Shown here: positions 7,912-17,202 of the stretch, in pieces
How positions within the stretch are numbered: the first letter of the stretch is position 1
Layout of the letters: every line of letters starts with the position of its first letter
Source of the DNA: Candidatus Omnitrophota bacterium
GTDB lineage: Bacteria > Omnitrophota > Gorgyraeia > Zapsychrales > JANLHA01
Assembly: GCA_022711395.1 (NCBI GenBank)
Contig: JAKLFA010000002.1
Location: 67,864 to 131,863, forward strand
Direction: 5' to 3'
Length of the DNA: 64,000 nucleotides
The notes under the pieces: model-generated
Seen by the model: the letters and a program-made list of their open reading frames with translations, nothing else
What the model was told of the DNA's origin: nothing
The model's database searches: none
Made by a program: the position numbers and the translations under genes

Positions 7912-10908
7912 ATGCTGCATTCATCTCAACAGATCTTTGAGGTTTTCCGCGACGGGGCGCAAAAGGCGGGTGAGAAGGACGCGCTGTTATACAAGCAGAA
8001 GGCCCATTATGAGTCGATCAGCTATATCGCCCTCCTGAGGCAGGCGGCCGCCTTTGCCCGTGTTCTGCATAACCATCAGATCTCTCCCGGCGACAAGGTT
8101 GCGCTGGTCCTTGAGAACAGGCCGGAGTTCGCCGGTGCCGTGATGGCGGTCTGGGCTTGCGGGGCGGTGGCGGTCCCGTTGGACGTCCAATATTCCACCC
8201 TTGAGATCAAAACGCTTTTGAAACATTCTCAGGCCAGGCTGGTGGTCTCTCAGCAGCGGCTTTTCCATCTTCATGAGGAATTGCGTTCGATCTGCCCTTG
8301 GCTGACCGTGGATGACCCGGATCTGAAATATCATTTGCGCGAAGCTGCGGGGTCCGCCCGGGCGGTCGAGTTGGAGCATTCTCCGGCGGTTGACCTGGCG
8401 GCGTTGTTCTACACGTCAGGGACGACGGGAGAGCCCAAGGCGGTCATGCTCAGCCACGCGAATATCCTTTCGAATGTGAGGGCGTTCCATCAGCTTGAGA
8501 TCGCTTCTTCCAAAGACGTGGTCGTTTCGGTCCTGCCGTTGCATCACACCTACGCGTTTACGACGACACTGTTATATCCGCTTTTGATCGGGGCCACGGT
8601 CAGTTATCCAAAGAGCATCGCTTCCGTGGACCTTTTGTCCTGCATCAGGGAGACGTGCGCCACGGTCTTTGTCGGAGTGCCGCAGATCTTCAAGCATATG
8701 CATAAGGCCGTGGTCGACCGTATTGGAGGGATGAAGGCCCTGAAGCGTTCGATGGTGCTTGCCGCCGGAGAGCTTTGCATGAATTCCCGCAAGGTCCTGG
8801 GGGCCAATCCCGGGCGGGTTCTTTTTTCGCAGATCCACCATCAATTCGGGCCGTCGTTGCGCCTGATGGTCTCCGGCGGGGCGAAGCTGGACCCGGAGAT
8901 TTCCAGGGATTTTTATCGCTGGGGATTTTCTTTGATCGAGGGTTATGGCCTTACGGAGACATCACCGGTCGTTTCTTTTTCACTGCCCAATCAGGCGAAG
9001 TTCGGTTCCGTCGGAAGGGTGATCCCGGGAGTCGGGGTGGATATCAAGGACCCTGACGCGGCCGGTATCGGTGAGGTCCTGGTCAAAGGCCCTAATGTGA
9101 TGATGGGTTATTACAGGAACCAGGCCGAGACGGACCGGGTCCTTTATGACGGATGGTTCCATACGGGGGACCTGGGATATATCGACCGGGATGGATTTCT
9201 TTTTTTGACCGGCCGCAGCAAAGAGATCTTGGTCTTGGAGAACGGGGAGAACATCAATCCGGAGGAGCTGGAAAATTATTATGGCCAGAATCCCTTTATC
9301 AAGGAGATCGCGGTCCTTTCTTTTAAGGCTGAGCGTTCCTCGGGGGTCACGGCCGAAAAGCTTGTGGCGTTGATCGTCGCTGACCAGGACCATTTTTTGG
9401 CCCAGAAGGAAACGAATATCAAGGCCAGGATCAAATGGGAACTTGAGAACATGTGCGTGCACATGCCCAGTTATAAGAGGGTGACCGGATTTGAGGTTTC
9501 GCAGGAAGAGCTGCCCCGCACCAGGCTGGGGAAATTACGGCGTTTTGAGCTGCCCGAGATCTATGCCCGCCTTCGTGAGCGGTCGCAGGTCAAACAAAGG
9601 GTGCAGATCGTCGAGCCGGTGGAGGGGCGTTCTGAGCTGTTTGATCAGGCGCTGGGTTATCTCGAGGACGCGGTGGGCCGCCCCGTGGGCCTTAAGGAGC
9701 ATTTGGAACTGGACGTCGGGCTGGACTCGTTGGGCCGCATGGAGCTTTTGCTGGGGCTTCAGGAAAAGCTGGGTTTGAGCCTGACAGAGGAACAGTCGAT
9801 GCAGTTCTTTGTTTGCGTGACGGTCGAAGATCTTTTGGATAAGTTGAGGGAATTTTCAGCGTCGCTGCCCAGCGGGATCGCGGTGGATGAGGATGCCAAG
9901 ATCCTGAGCGGACTTTCGGCCGGCAGGGAGAATTTCGCGGTGGTGGCTGAGCGAGCGAAGTCCTTTTTGCGAGAGGCCCTGAACCGTGAATCGATCCAGG
10001 AGTCCGATCATTTGGAGCTGGACCTGGGGCTTGATTCGCTGGGGCGGATGGAAGTCCTTTTGAGCCTTCAGGAGCGTCTGGGGTTGACCATGTCGGATGA
10101 GCAGGCGGTGGGATTTTTCATGGCTTCGACGGTCGCGGAACTTCTTGAGAACCTTAAAAAAGAATTGCCCCGGATGCAGGAGGGCTCCGGCGCAAAGGCG
10201 TTCATGTGGTCGGATATCTTAAGACAGGATCCCGACGCTGACAAACTTAAGCGCATCAACACGGGGGACTTCAGCCTGCCCGCCCGTTTGTTCAATGTCG
10301 CGGGATGGTGTTTTTTCCGCGCCTTTTTTAAGTTGTTCTACCGGTTGAAGGTGGAGGGTCTTGAGAACGCAAACACCGAGGGTCCGTTCTTGATCTGTTC
10401 GAATCACACGACCTATTTTGATGCGTTGATTATTTTAAGCGCGTTGCCGTTCCGGAAATTTTTGCAGGTGTTCTTTTTGGGGGACAGCAAGTTCCTTAAC
10501 CATCCCGTGCTTCGTCCGTTCGGCCGGGCCGCCAGATTTATTCCGATCGAATTCACGCATAACATGGTGGAGGCGTTAAAGGTCTGCGCGTATGTCTTGC
10601 GGAATCAAAAAATCGTTTGTTACTTTCCGGAAGGGCAGCGGTCGATCGATGGGGAGGTGAAGGAATTCCGCAAAGGGGTGGGGGTCCTTGTTAAAGAGTT
10701 GGGAGTGCCGGTCCTGCCGGCGTTTATCAGCGGGGCTTTTGAATGCTGGCCACGCGGGCAGCGGTTTCCCAAATTGTTTGGCAACGTCACGTTGCGTTTT
10801 GGTAAAATGACCTCTTCAAAAGAGCTTCTTTTCCGGGTTTTTGACGCGGAGGATGATTATGAGCAAACCGCTGAGAACTTACGGATCCGCGTCTCATCTT
10901 TGAAGTAA
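7912..10908 (+). CDS. Multidomain fusion: fatty-acid AMP-ligase (acyl-ACP synthetase-like) - ACP - ACP - 1-acyl-glycerol-3-phosphate/lyso-lipid acyltransferase (PlsC/OlsA family)
   Basis: Adenylation motifs YTSGTTGEPKAV, GYGLTET, GWFHTGDLGY. Two phosphopantetheine sites LELDVGLDSLGRMELL (~nt 9715) and LELDLGLDSLGRMEVL (~nt 10020). C-terminal acyltransferase motifs CSNHTTYFD (HX4D) and FPEGQRS. Confidence 0.8.
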   Translation: MLHSSQQIFEVFRDGAQKAGEKDALLYKQKAHYESISYIALLRQAAAFARVLHNHQISPGDKVALVLENRPEFAGAVMAVWACGAVAVPLDVQYSTLEIKTLLKHSQARLVVSQQRLFHLHEELRSICPWLTVDDPDLKYHLREAAGSARAVELEHSPAVDLAALFYTSGTTGEPKAVMLSHANILSNVRAFHQLEIASSKDVVVSVLPLHHTYAFTTTLLYPLLIGATVSYPKSIASVDLLSCIRETCATVFVGVPQIFKHMHKAVVDRIGGMKALKRSMVLAAGELCMNSRKVLGANPGRVLFSQIHHQFGPSLRLMVSGGAKLDPEISRDFYRWGFSLIEGYGLTETSPVVSFSLPNQAKFGSVGRVIPGVGVDIKDPDAAGIGEVLVKGPNVMMGYYRNQAETDRVLYDGWFHTGDLGYIDRDGFLFLTGRSKEILVLENGENINPEELENYYGQNPFIKEIAVLSFKAERSSGVTAEKLVALIVADQDHFLAQKETNIKARIKWELENMCVHMPSYKRVTGFEVSQEELPRTRLGKLRRFELPEIYARLRERSQVKQRVQIVEPVEGRSELFDQALGYLEDAVGRPVGLKEHLELDVGLDSLGRMELLLGLQEKLGLSLTEEQSMQFFVCVTVEDLLDKLREFSASLPSGIAVDEDAKILSGLSAGRENFAVVAERAKSFLREALNRESIQESDHLELDLGLDSLGRMEVLLSLQERLGLTMSDEQAVGFFMASTVAELLENLKKELPRMQEGSGAKAFMWSDILRQDPDADKLKRINTGDFSLPARLFNVAGWCFFRAFFKLFYRLKVEGLENANTEGPFLICSNHTTYFDALIILSALPFRKFLQVFFLGDSKFLNHPVLRPFGRAARFIPIEFTHNMVEALKVCAYVLRNQKIVCYFPEGQRSIDGEVKEFRKGVGVLVKELGVPVLPAFISGAFECWPRGQRFPKLFGNVTLRFGKMTSSKELLFRVFDAEDDYEQTAENLRIRVSSLK

Positions 10909-10955
10909 CTTTTTGCGGCCCAATCAGTTACAAAAATTAAATCCTGTATTTCCGA

Positions 10956-10983
10956 TTGACACCCATATATTTAACATTATAAT
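10956..10983 (+). promoter_or_regulatory. Putative sigma-70-type promoter
   Basis: TTGACA (10956-61), 16-nt spacer, TATAAT (10978-83) in an AT-rich gap upstream of the 11020 gene. Confidence 0.3.
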
Positions 10984-11019
10984 AATACTAATTATATATT
11001 ATTAAAACGAGGGGGAGAT

Positions 11020-11874
11020 ATGATCTTAAAGCGCGGTTTTTCTGTGATGCGGTCCTCTGTAGTGACGTTGATCCAAAATCCCGGTATTCTGTATCCATAT
11101 GCGATCGTAGGGATCCTTCAGTTGTTCATTCTTGAGATCCTTTTTTTCATGCCCCGGTATCCGCTTATTCAGATCTTTGGGCCGATGATCCTGGCGCTTA
11201 AGAAGTCGCCATTTTTCTTGCATTACCCCTTTAATTTTGAAGTGGTGAACAGTTGGTTCCAGTCCCTGCAGGTGCCCTTCTATGTTTTTGTGCAGATCCT
11301 TTTTGTGGCCAAGGCTGTTCTGATCGTTCAAAAGACCGAACAGCGTCAGGCGGTGGAATCAATGCCGAAGGTCGCTTTTGGAAAATATGTGAATCTTGTG
11401 GTGGGGGCGGCGATCATTATCGGGCTGATGTATGCGTTCAATTACGGCTATTCGTTCTTGATCCGCAGGGCTGTTCAGATCCGTTCGACGTCGGGCCTTT
11501 ACTTTTTGATCAAGCAGGCCGTGATCCTGGGTGGGCCGTATATCAATTTGATGGTCTCGGCTTTTATCACGGCGTGCTTCGCTTATGTGATCCCGCTCAT
11601 CGCGATCGAAGGGGACAATGTCTTCAAGGCGGTTTTTCGGAATTTCAAATTGCTTAAAGGCGATTTTTTTGTCTTACTGGCTTTTTTGACGGTCGCGGCA
11701 TTGTGCTTTGTGCCGTTCCTTCTGGTGAAAACGAATGAGATCGCGATCCGTTCGATGATGACGCCTGAAGGCTGGCAGATGATCACGATCTTGGGCGCGG
11801 GGCTGATCCTTTTGATCGACGCTCTGCAGTATACAGGAATAACGATTGTATATCTCAAAAAGGATAGATCATGA
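11020..11874 (+). CDS. Polytopic membrane protein, unknown function
   Basis: 284 aa with about 7 hydrophobic helices. No recognisable catalytic motif. Confidence 0.5.
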   Translation: MILKRGFSVMRSSVVTLIQNPGILYPYAIVGILQLFILEILFFMPRYPLIQIFGPMILALKKSPFFLHYPFNFEVVNSWFQSLQVPFYVFVQILFVAKAVLIVQKTEQRQAVESMPKVAFGKYVNLVVGAAIIIGLMYAFNYGYSFLIRRAVQIRSTSGLYFLIKQAVILGGPYINLMVSAFITACFAYVIPLIAIEGDNVFKAVFRNFKLLKGDFFVLLAFLTVAALCFVPFLLVKTNEIAIRSMMTPEGWQMITILGAGLILLIDALQYTGITIVYLKKDRS

Positions 11875-12779
11875 AAAAAACACTCCTCGTTCTGGTCGGT
11901 CTGTTGGTTGCGGTCTATGTCGTCCTGACGTTGGTGGATACCAAATCAGAATATCTGCTGGAGAAAAAGCTTTGGCGGATCCAGAAAGATTTTGTGGCGA
12001 TCGCGCAGGACCCGAAAGCTGCGCCGGATAATCAGTATAAAGAAGCGATCGCCAAATACAGGGCGCTGATCCAGAAATACCCTAAGGCACGGCTGACGCC
12101 TCAGATGTATTTTCAGATCGGCCGTCTTGAAGAGATGCGGAAGAATTTTGACGGGGCGCGGGCGGTCTTTAAGGAGGCTTCGGAGGCGTTTAAGGATAAT
12201 TCATCGATCGTTTCAGACGCGATGTATCGGGTTGGACTTTCTTTCGAACAGGAGGGAAAGATCAATGATGCGATCGCGATCTACCGGGAGATCGGACGGG
12301 TATTTTCACGGACGCAGATCGGGTTTTCGATGCCGATCTATATTGCCAGTATTTATCGACGTTTAGGGGACCCGGTCAAGCAGAATCAGGCGCTTGCTGA
12401 GGCGGAAACGTTTTATCGGGCGATCCTTTCCGAGACGGAAGATGGATCAGCCTCTCAACTGGAGGTTTTGCGGGCCTTAACGACCGCTTTGCTGGGGCAG
12501 CAAAAATGGGGTGAGGCGTATCAAACTCTTGAGAGAACGTTGTTTTCTTTCGCCAGGTCCAAGCATTTGAGGCCGCAGGCTGCTGGAGGGATCGTTCGGA
12601 CCTTGAGCGTTGTGGGGGCTGGGCAACTGAATGACATGCCCAGGGTAATGAAGACCCTGGAAACTTTCAAGGAGCAGAATCCGGGCCATCCGCTGAACGC
12701 CTATCTTGAGCAGATCAAAGCGTCTCTTCAACAGATGAAGCAGGAAGAAAAGAAGGCGGCGGTCGTCGGGAATGAATAA
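11871..12779 (+). CDS. Membrane-anchored TPR-like repeat protein
   Basis: N-terminal TM LLVLVGLLVAVYVVLTLV, then helical-repeat (TPR-like) sequence. Start overlaps the previous gene by 4 nt and the end overlaps the kinase gene by 8 nt. Confidence 0.5.
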   Translation: MKKTLLVLVGLLVAVYVVLTLVDTKSEYLLEKKLWRIQKDFVAIAQDPKAAPDNQYKEAIAKYRALIQKYPKARLTPQMYFQIGRLEEMRKNFDGARAVFKEASEAFKDNSSIVSDAMYRVGLSFEQEGKINDAIAIYREIGRVFSRTQIGFSMPIYIASIYRRLGDPVKQNQALAEAETFYRAILSETEDGSASQLEVLRALTTALLGQQKWGEAYQTLERTLFSFARSKHLRPQAAGGIVRTLSVVGAGQLNDMPRVMKTLETFKEQNPGHPLNAYLEQIKASLQQMKQEEKKAAVVGNE

Positions 12780-14085
12780 AGGGATGAGCCAGGATCATAT
12801 TCAGCAACTGACCGAGTCGGATCTGTTCAAGCAGGTCAGTGATATCTGCGCTGTGGTCAATACGGTCACCGATGTTCAACAGCTTCTGGAAGTGTCTTTA
12901 TCACGCACGCTTAGATTGTTTGGGGCCCGTCGGGGGTCTGTGTTCATCATGGATGAGAACACGAAATGCCTGCTTTTGAAAGCGGCTGAAGGCCTGCAGC
13001 AGACCGAGGTCAATCAGATGATGAAGCGCATCGGTGAGGGCGTGGTGGGTCGGGTCGCCGAGCAGAAGATCCCGATCGTGGTTGAGAATATTGAGACGGA
13101 TGAACGCTTTGTGAACTATCGAGCCCGCAAAAGTTATCAAACGCCGTCTTTTATTTGTGCGCCGCTGCTCATTAAGGACCATCTGATTGGAGTGATCAAT
13201 ATCACCGATAAATTGAGCGGGGCGGGTTTCGGAAGGGCGGATCTTCAGCTTCTGGATTTTTTGGCGATGCAGATCGCTTTGAATTACCGGCGTATTGAGC
13301 TGTATGAACGGTTCCGGTCGATCCTCAAACGCTCAGAAGAGCTCAAAAACGAGCTTGGCAAAAGCAGTCAGGAAACGACGAAATTGCGCCGGCAGATCAT
13401 CGCTCATGAGCGGCTTGCCACCGTGGGAAAAATGGCTGGCGGGATCGCCCATGAGTTCAACAATCCGCTGGATGGTGTTTTAAGGTATACCAACCTGTGT
13501 TTAAAACAGGTCGGCGATGATGAGGTGATCCGCAGTTATCTTTTGGAGATCAAGAACGGTTTGAACCGGATGACGACCATTGTCCGGAATTTGCTGGCGT
13601 GCTCCCGGCGCTCCGAAAAACCCCTGCAGATGATTCGGCCGGATGTGGTGGTCGACCAGGCGATCCAGGCGGTGCAGTCCGAAGCGCAGCATAAAAACGT
13701 TCGTATTGAGAAGGAAGTCGGGCCCGGCTTGCCGGATTTGAAAGACCTGGGATTGGAAAGCATTTTGGTGAATCTTTTGCGCAACGCTGTCGATGCCCTT
13801 AAACCAGGCGGGCTTGTTAAGATCTCTGCGGTTCATTTAGAGCACAACGGGCATGTTGTTTTTCAAGTGGCGGACAATGGACCGGGCATTCCGGATTCGG
13901 AAGATCCGAGCAAAATTTTTGAGCCGTTCTATACGACTAAGGATATGGAGAAGGGTTGCGGTCTGGGTTTGACCATTGTTTCCGAGATCGTTAAGAGCTA
14001 TCAGGGGCAGATCCAGGTTGAGAGCGCTCCCGGAGAGGGCGCGACATTTATTGTTACTATTCCGATTGAAACGAGGGACCTATGA
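12772..14085 (+). CDS. Soluble GAF-domain sensor histidine kinase
   Basis: GAF region with ...GRVAEQKIPIVVENIETDERF.... HisKA H-box IAHEFNNPL. HATPase N/G boxes NLLRNAVDAL and DNGPGIP...GLGLTIV. Confidence 0.75.
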   Translation: MNKGMSQDHIQQLTESDLFKQVSDICAVVNTVTDVQQLLEVSLSRTLRLFGARRGSVFIMDENTKCLLLKAAEGLQQTEVNQMMKRIGEGVVGRVAEQKIPIVVENIETDERFVNYRARKSYQTPSFICAPLLIKDHLIGVINITDKLSGAGFGRADLQLLDFLAMQIALNYRRIELYERFRSILKRSEELKNELGKSSQETTKLRRQIIAHERLATVGKMAGGIAHEFNNPLDGVLRYTNLCLKQVGDDEVIRSYLLEIKNGLNRMTTIVRNLLACSRRSEKPLQMIRPDVVVDQAIQAVQSEAQHKNVRIEKEVGPGLPDLKDLGLESILVNLLRNAVDALKPGGLVKISAVHLEHNGHVVFQVADNGPGIPDSEDPSKIFEPFYTTKDMEKGCGLGLTIVSEIVKSYQGQIQVESAPGEGATFIVTIPIETRDL

Positions 14086-15485
14086 AGTCGATTGACAAGC
14101 GCAACTATGATATTTTGATCGTTGATGATGAACCGTTGATCCGCCAGTCGCTTTTTGAGATCTTACGGATCGAGGGGTATCACGCTCATATGTCGCAGAG
14201 TGCGGAAGAAGCCTTGAATTTTTTAGCGGAGCAAAAGGTCGATATTGTCCTTACTGACATGAAATTGCCGCAAAAGAGCGGCCTGGAACTTTTGGAAGAG
14301 GTCAAGAAGATCACCCCGGATACGGAAGTCATTCTGATCACGGGGTTTGGTTCGATCGAGTCAGCCGTTGAGGCGATCCGCAAGGGCGCCTATGATTATA
14401 TTTGCAAGCCGATCAATGATGAAGAGATCAAATCCCGTATTCAGAAGATCATTGAACATAAAGAGATCGTTGCTGAGAACCTGCGGCTGCGCGAAATGCT
14501 GGCCAAGTCCAATCCAACTTCCTGCGGCCAGATGATCGGTTCCAGTGCCAAGATGCAAAAGGTCTATCATGTGATCGAGTCTGTGGCGACTTCGAATGCC
14601 ACGATCCTCATCACGGGGGAAAGCGGGACGGGAAAGGGTTTGGCCGCCCGGGCGATCCATCAGATGGATGAGAACCGCTGTGATAAGCCTTTTGTGGAAG
14701 TCAGCTGCGGGGCGCTTTCAGAAACGCTGCTTGAAAGTGAGCTTTTTGGGCATGTTAAGGGGGCGTTCACGGGGGCTATTCGTGATAAAGAGGGCCGCTT
14801 TGAGTATGCCCGCGGGGGGACGATTTTTTTGGATGAAATTGATGCATTTTCTCCCATGCTTCAGGTCAAACTTTTACGGGTTTTGCAGGATGGGGTCTTT
14901 GAGCGGGTGGGGGATAACGTGACCCGTAAGACGGATGCCAGGATCATTGTAGCGACGAATCGCCCTTTGACGGAACTTGTTGAAAATGGCGAGTTTAGGG
15001 AAGACTTGTATTACCGTATTAATGTGATTTCGATCGTGATGCCGCCTTTGAGGGAGCGGAAAGAGGATCTGGATATTTTGATCAAACATTTTCTTGAGAA
15101 ATATGCTAAGAAAAATGGCAAGAAAATTGCTGGTATATCGGATGAAGTTCGGACCATGTTTTTGAACTATAAATGGCCCGGAAATATCCGGGAACTGGAA
15201 AACGCTGTTGAAGGCGCTGTGATCATGTCCAAAGCGGACGCCATCCAAAAGTGGGATGTTCCCAATTCTTCCAAGTTTGATGAGGCAAAGAAGCGCGTGA
15301 CGGCCATGAAGATCGGCCGTTCGTTAAAGGAGGTCATGGAGCAGCCTGAGCGGGATGTTATTCTGGCGGCTCTGGAACAAAACGCTTGGAACCGCAATAA
15401 AGCGGCATCCGCGTTGGGGGTCAATCGGACGACCTTGTATAACAAGATGAAAAAATATAATATTGAGTTCAAAAAGCCAAAATAA
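14082..15485 (+). CDS. Sigma-54-dependent NtrC-family response regulator (PrsR-like)
   Basis: REC domain ILIVDDEP...[13 protein letters not shown]+ Walker [15 protein letters not shown] sigma-54 contact motif. C-terminal HTH. Overlaps the kinase stop by 4 nt. Confidence 0.85.
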   Translation: MKSIDKRNYDILIVDDEPLIRQSLFEILRIEGYHAHMSQSAEEALNFLAEQKVDIVLTDMKLPQKSGLELLEEVKKITPDTEVILITGFGSIESAVEAIRKGAYDYICKPINDEEIKSRIQKIIEHKEIVAENLRLREMLAKSNPTSCGQMIGSSAKMQKVYHVIESVATSNATILITGESGTGKGLAARAIHQMDENRCDKPFVEVSCGALSETLLESELFGHVKGAFTGAIRDKEGRFEYARGGTIFLDEIDAFSPMLQVKLLRVLQDGVFERVGDNVTRKTDARIIVATNRPLTELVENGEFREDLYYRINVISIVMPPLRERKEDLDILIKHFLEKYAKKNGKKIAGISDEVRTMFLNYKWPGNIRELENAVEGAVIMSKADAIQKWDVPNSSKFDEAKKRVTAMKIGRSLKEVMEQPERDVILAALEQNAWNRNKAASALGVNRTTLYNKMKKYNIEFKKPK

Positions 15486-16516
15486 TGACATCAGTGCATT
15501 CGAAAAAATTGATTGAAGAGCTGATCGTTGTCGCCAAGTGGAAGGACTGTCTGCAGCGCTTTATGAGCGTCTTGCGGATCAACCTTTTTCTTGTGGATCC
15601 TTTGGGGCGAGTGATCGTTTCGCCGCTTTCGGACGGAGGGAATTTTCCTTACGGCGGCGGGCTTTTATCTGAAATGTTGCGCTGTTCAGGGGCGGAAGGG
15701 GAAAATTTCTTACGGTCTTTCGCGGCTTTTGGTGATTATAAAGAATTTAAGGGGTGCTGCGACCTGCATGCTTTTATGATTCCCTTGAAAGGGTATGGGT
15801 TAGAGTTTGCTTATATGGTCGTGGGGCCTGTGATCCTCAATAAACGGCTGGACGATGAAGTCTACAGGCGGCAGGCTGCTGAATATGGGTTTAGCCCCGA
15901 AGATGTGTTAAATCATGTCAACGAGCTTCGGGTGGTATCGCATATCGCGATGAACGGCATTCTGGACCTTTTGGCCACGATTGGCCGGGAATTGGTCGAT
16001 ATGCAGGCTGAAAATCAGATCCTGCAGAAACGAAAGCTCCAGCGGGATGTTTTTCCGGAAGGGATCGCGGAGGAGGTCGAGGCGCTTTATGAAACAGCAT
16101 CTATTGATGAGTTGCTGGTCTCTGTGCTGGAGATCGCCTTGCGCCTGTCCGGCGCGTCTTCCGGATCGATCATGATGGTGGATGAGGAGCAAAAAAATCT
16201 TTCTGTCAGGGTTTCCCGCGGTCTGGATACGGTCCTTGCCGGCCGGGCCGTGACCAGGATCGGTGAAGGGGTTTCCGGTGTGGCGGTCCGCGACAACAGG
16301 GCTTTCATGATCAAGGGAACGGATGGTGATTCTACGATCCGTACGTTTTTGAAGCGTTCCAATCTTTCGGATTCGGCTGTCATCCCGCTTGCCGGCCGCA
16401 ACCGCGTCCATGGGGTCCTCAATATCAATGCGACGGATTCCAACAATCTTATTTCCTCAAACTTCTCGTATCTTCAAAATCTTTCACGTCTGGTCTCAAC
16501 TGTTCTGGATGTTTGA
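15485..16516 (+). CDS. GAF-domain signalling protein (possible PocR-like N-terminal sensor)
   Basis: C-terminal GAF-like block ...SIMMVDEEQKNLSVRVSRGLD...GEGVSGVAV...IPLAGRNRVHGVLNINA. ATG overlaps the response-regulator TAA by 1 nt. Confidence 0.4.
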   Translation: MTSVHSKKLIEELIVVAKWKDCLQRFMSVLRINLFLVDPLGRVIVSPLSDGGNFPYGGGLLSEMLRCSGAEGENFLRSFAAFGDYKEFKGCCDLHAFMIPLKGYGLEFAYMVVGPVILNKRLDDEVYRRQAAEYGFSPEDVLNHVNELRVVSHIAMNGILDLLATIGRELVDMQAENQILQKRKLQRDVFPEGIAEEVEALYETASIDELLVSVLEIALRLSGASSGSIMMVDEEQKNLSVRVSRGLDTVLAGRAVTRIGEGVSGVAVRDNRAFMIKGTDGDSTIRTFLKRSNLSDSAVIPLAGRNRVHGVLNINATDSNNLISSNFSYLQNLSRLVSTVLDV

Positions 16517-16583
16517 TTTTTCTTAATCGAAGGCCGGAAGGTGTTTCGATATTTCCCCGTCGAGAAAACGCAACACTTTTTTG

Positions 16584-16612
16584 TTTACAAATGCCCAAAT
16601 AAACCCTATAGT
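16584..16612 (+). promoter_or_regulatory. Putative sigma-70-type promoter
   Basis: TTTACA (16584-89), 17-nt spacer, TATAGT (16607-12), upstream of the DUF134 gene. Confidence 0.3.
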
Positions 16613-16717
16613 ATTTATGAGTATATGCTCAAAAATACCCCAGGGTTGTTTTGAGCGGATGGCCACAACAAGGATCGGGTAATTTGTTTTGTGTAACCAG
16701 CGAGAGGGGAGTTTGCC

Positions 16718-17164
16718 ATGATGAAAGGCCGGCCCAAAAAAGTTCGTTATATTCAACATATGCCTAGGACGGTGACATTTTCCCCAAGGGGCAAACCCGG
16801 CCGTCCTGATGAGATCGAGATCGCTTTAGACCAGTTGGAGGCCCTTAAATTGGCTGATTTTCAAGGTTTTTCCCAGGACCAGGGGGCGCAGGTCATGAAT
16901 ATTTCAAGGGCGAGTTTCGGACGTATTTTGCGTGAGGCCCGCAGAAGGGTTGCGGATGCTTTAGTCAATGGTAAAATCATGAAGATCCGCATGGGGGATG
17001 CGCAGATCGGCGTGAGGAAGAAGAATTTTTCTTTGGAGACGTTTCAAGATGAGCTTGTGCAGTTTCAATCCCGGAGCGTGAAGATCCAAAGGAGCATCAG
17101 AAGCGCTGCGTCTCATTCTGAAGATGTTTTTTCCCGCAGGGAAGCAGGACCAGCGGTTAAATAG
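16718..17164 (+). CDS. DUF134/UPF0251-family predicted DNA-binding protein
   Basis: N-terminus MMKGRPKKVRYIQHMPRTVTFSPRGKP...ALDQLEALKLADFQGFSQDQGAQVMNISRASFGRILREARRRVADALVNGK matches the DUF134 pattern (PRxKKxR...; sigma-70 region-4-like HTH). Confidence 0.55.
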   Translation: MMKGRPKKVRYIQHMPRTVTFSPRGKPGRPDEIEIALDQLEALKLADFQGFSQDQGAQVMNISRASFGRILREARRRVADALVNGKIMKIRMGDAQIGVRKKNFSLETFQDELVQFQSRSVKIQRSIRSAASHSEDVFSRREAGPAVK

Positions 17165-17202
17165 CAATCGTTTTTAAATTGAAGAAGGGGTTTTAGAAGG
17201 AT

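Noticed and set aside
11253-11858. Overlapping ORFs on both strands within the 11020-11874 membrane-protein gene
   Set aside because: No support; the hydrophobic membrane-protein frame is the coherent one.
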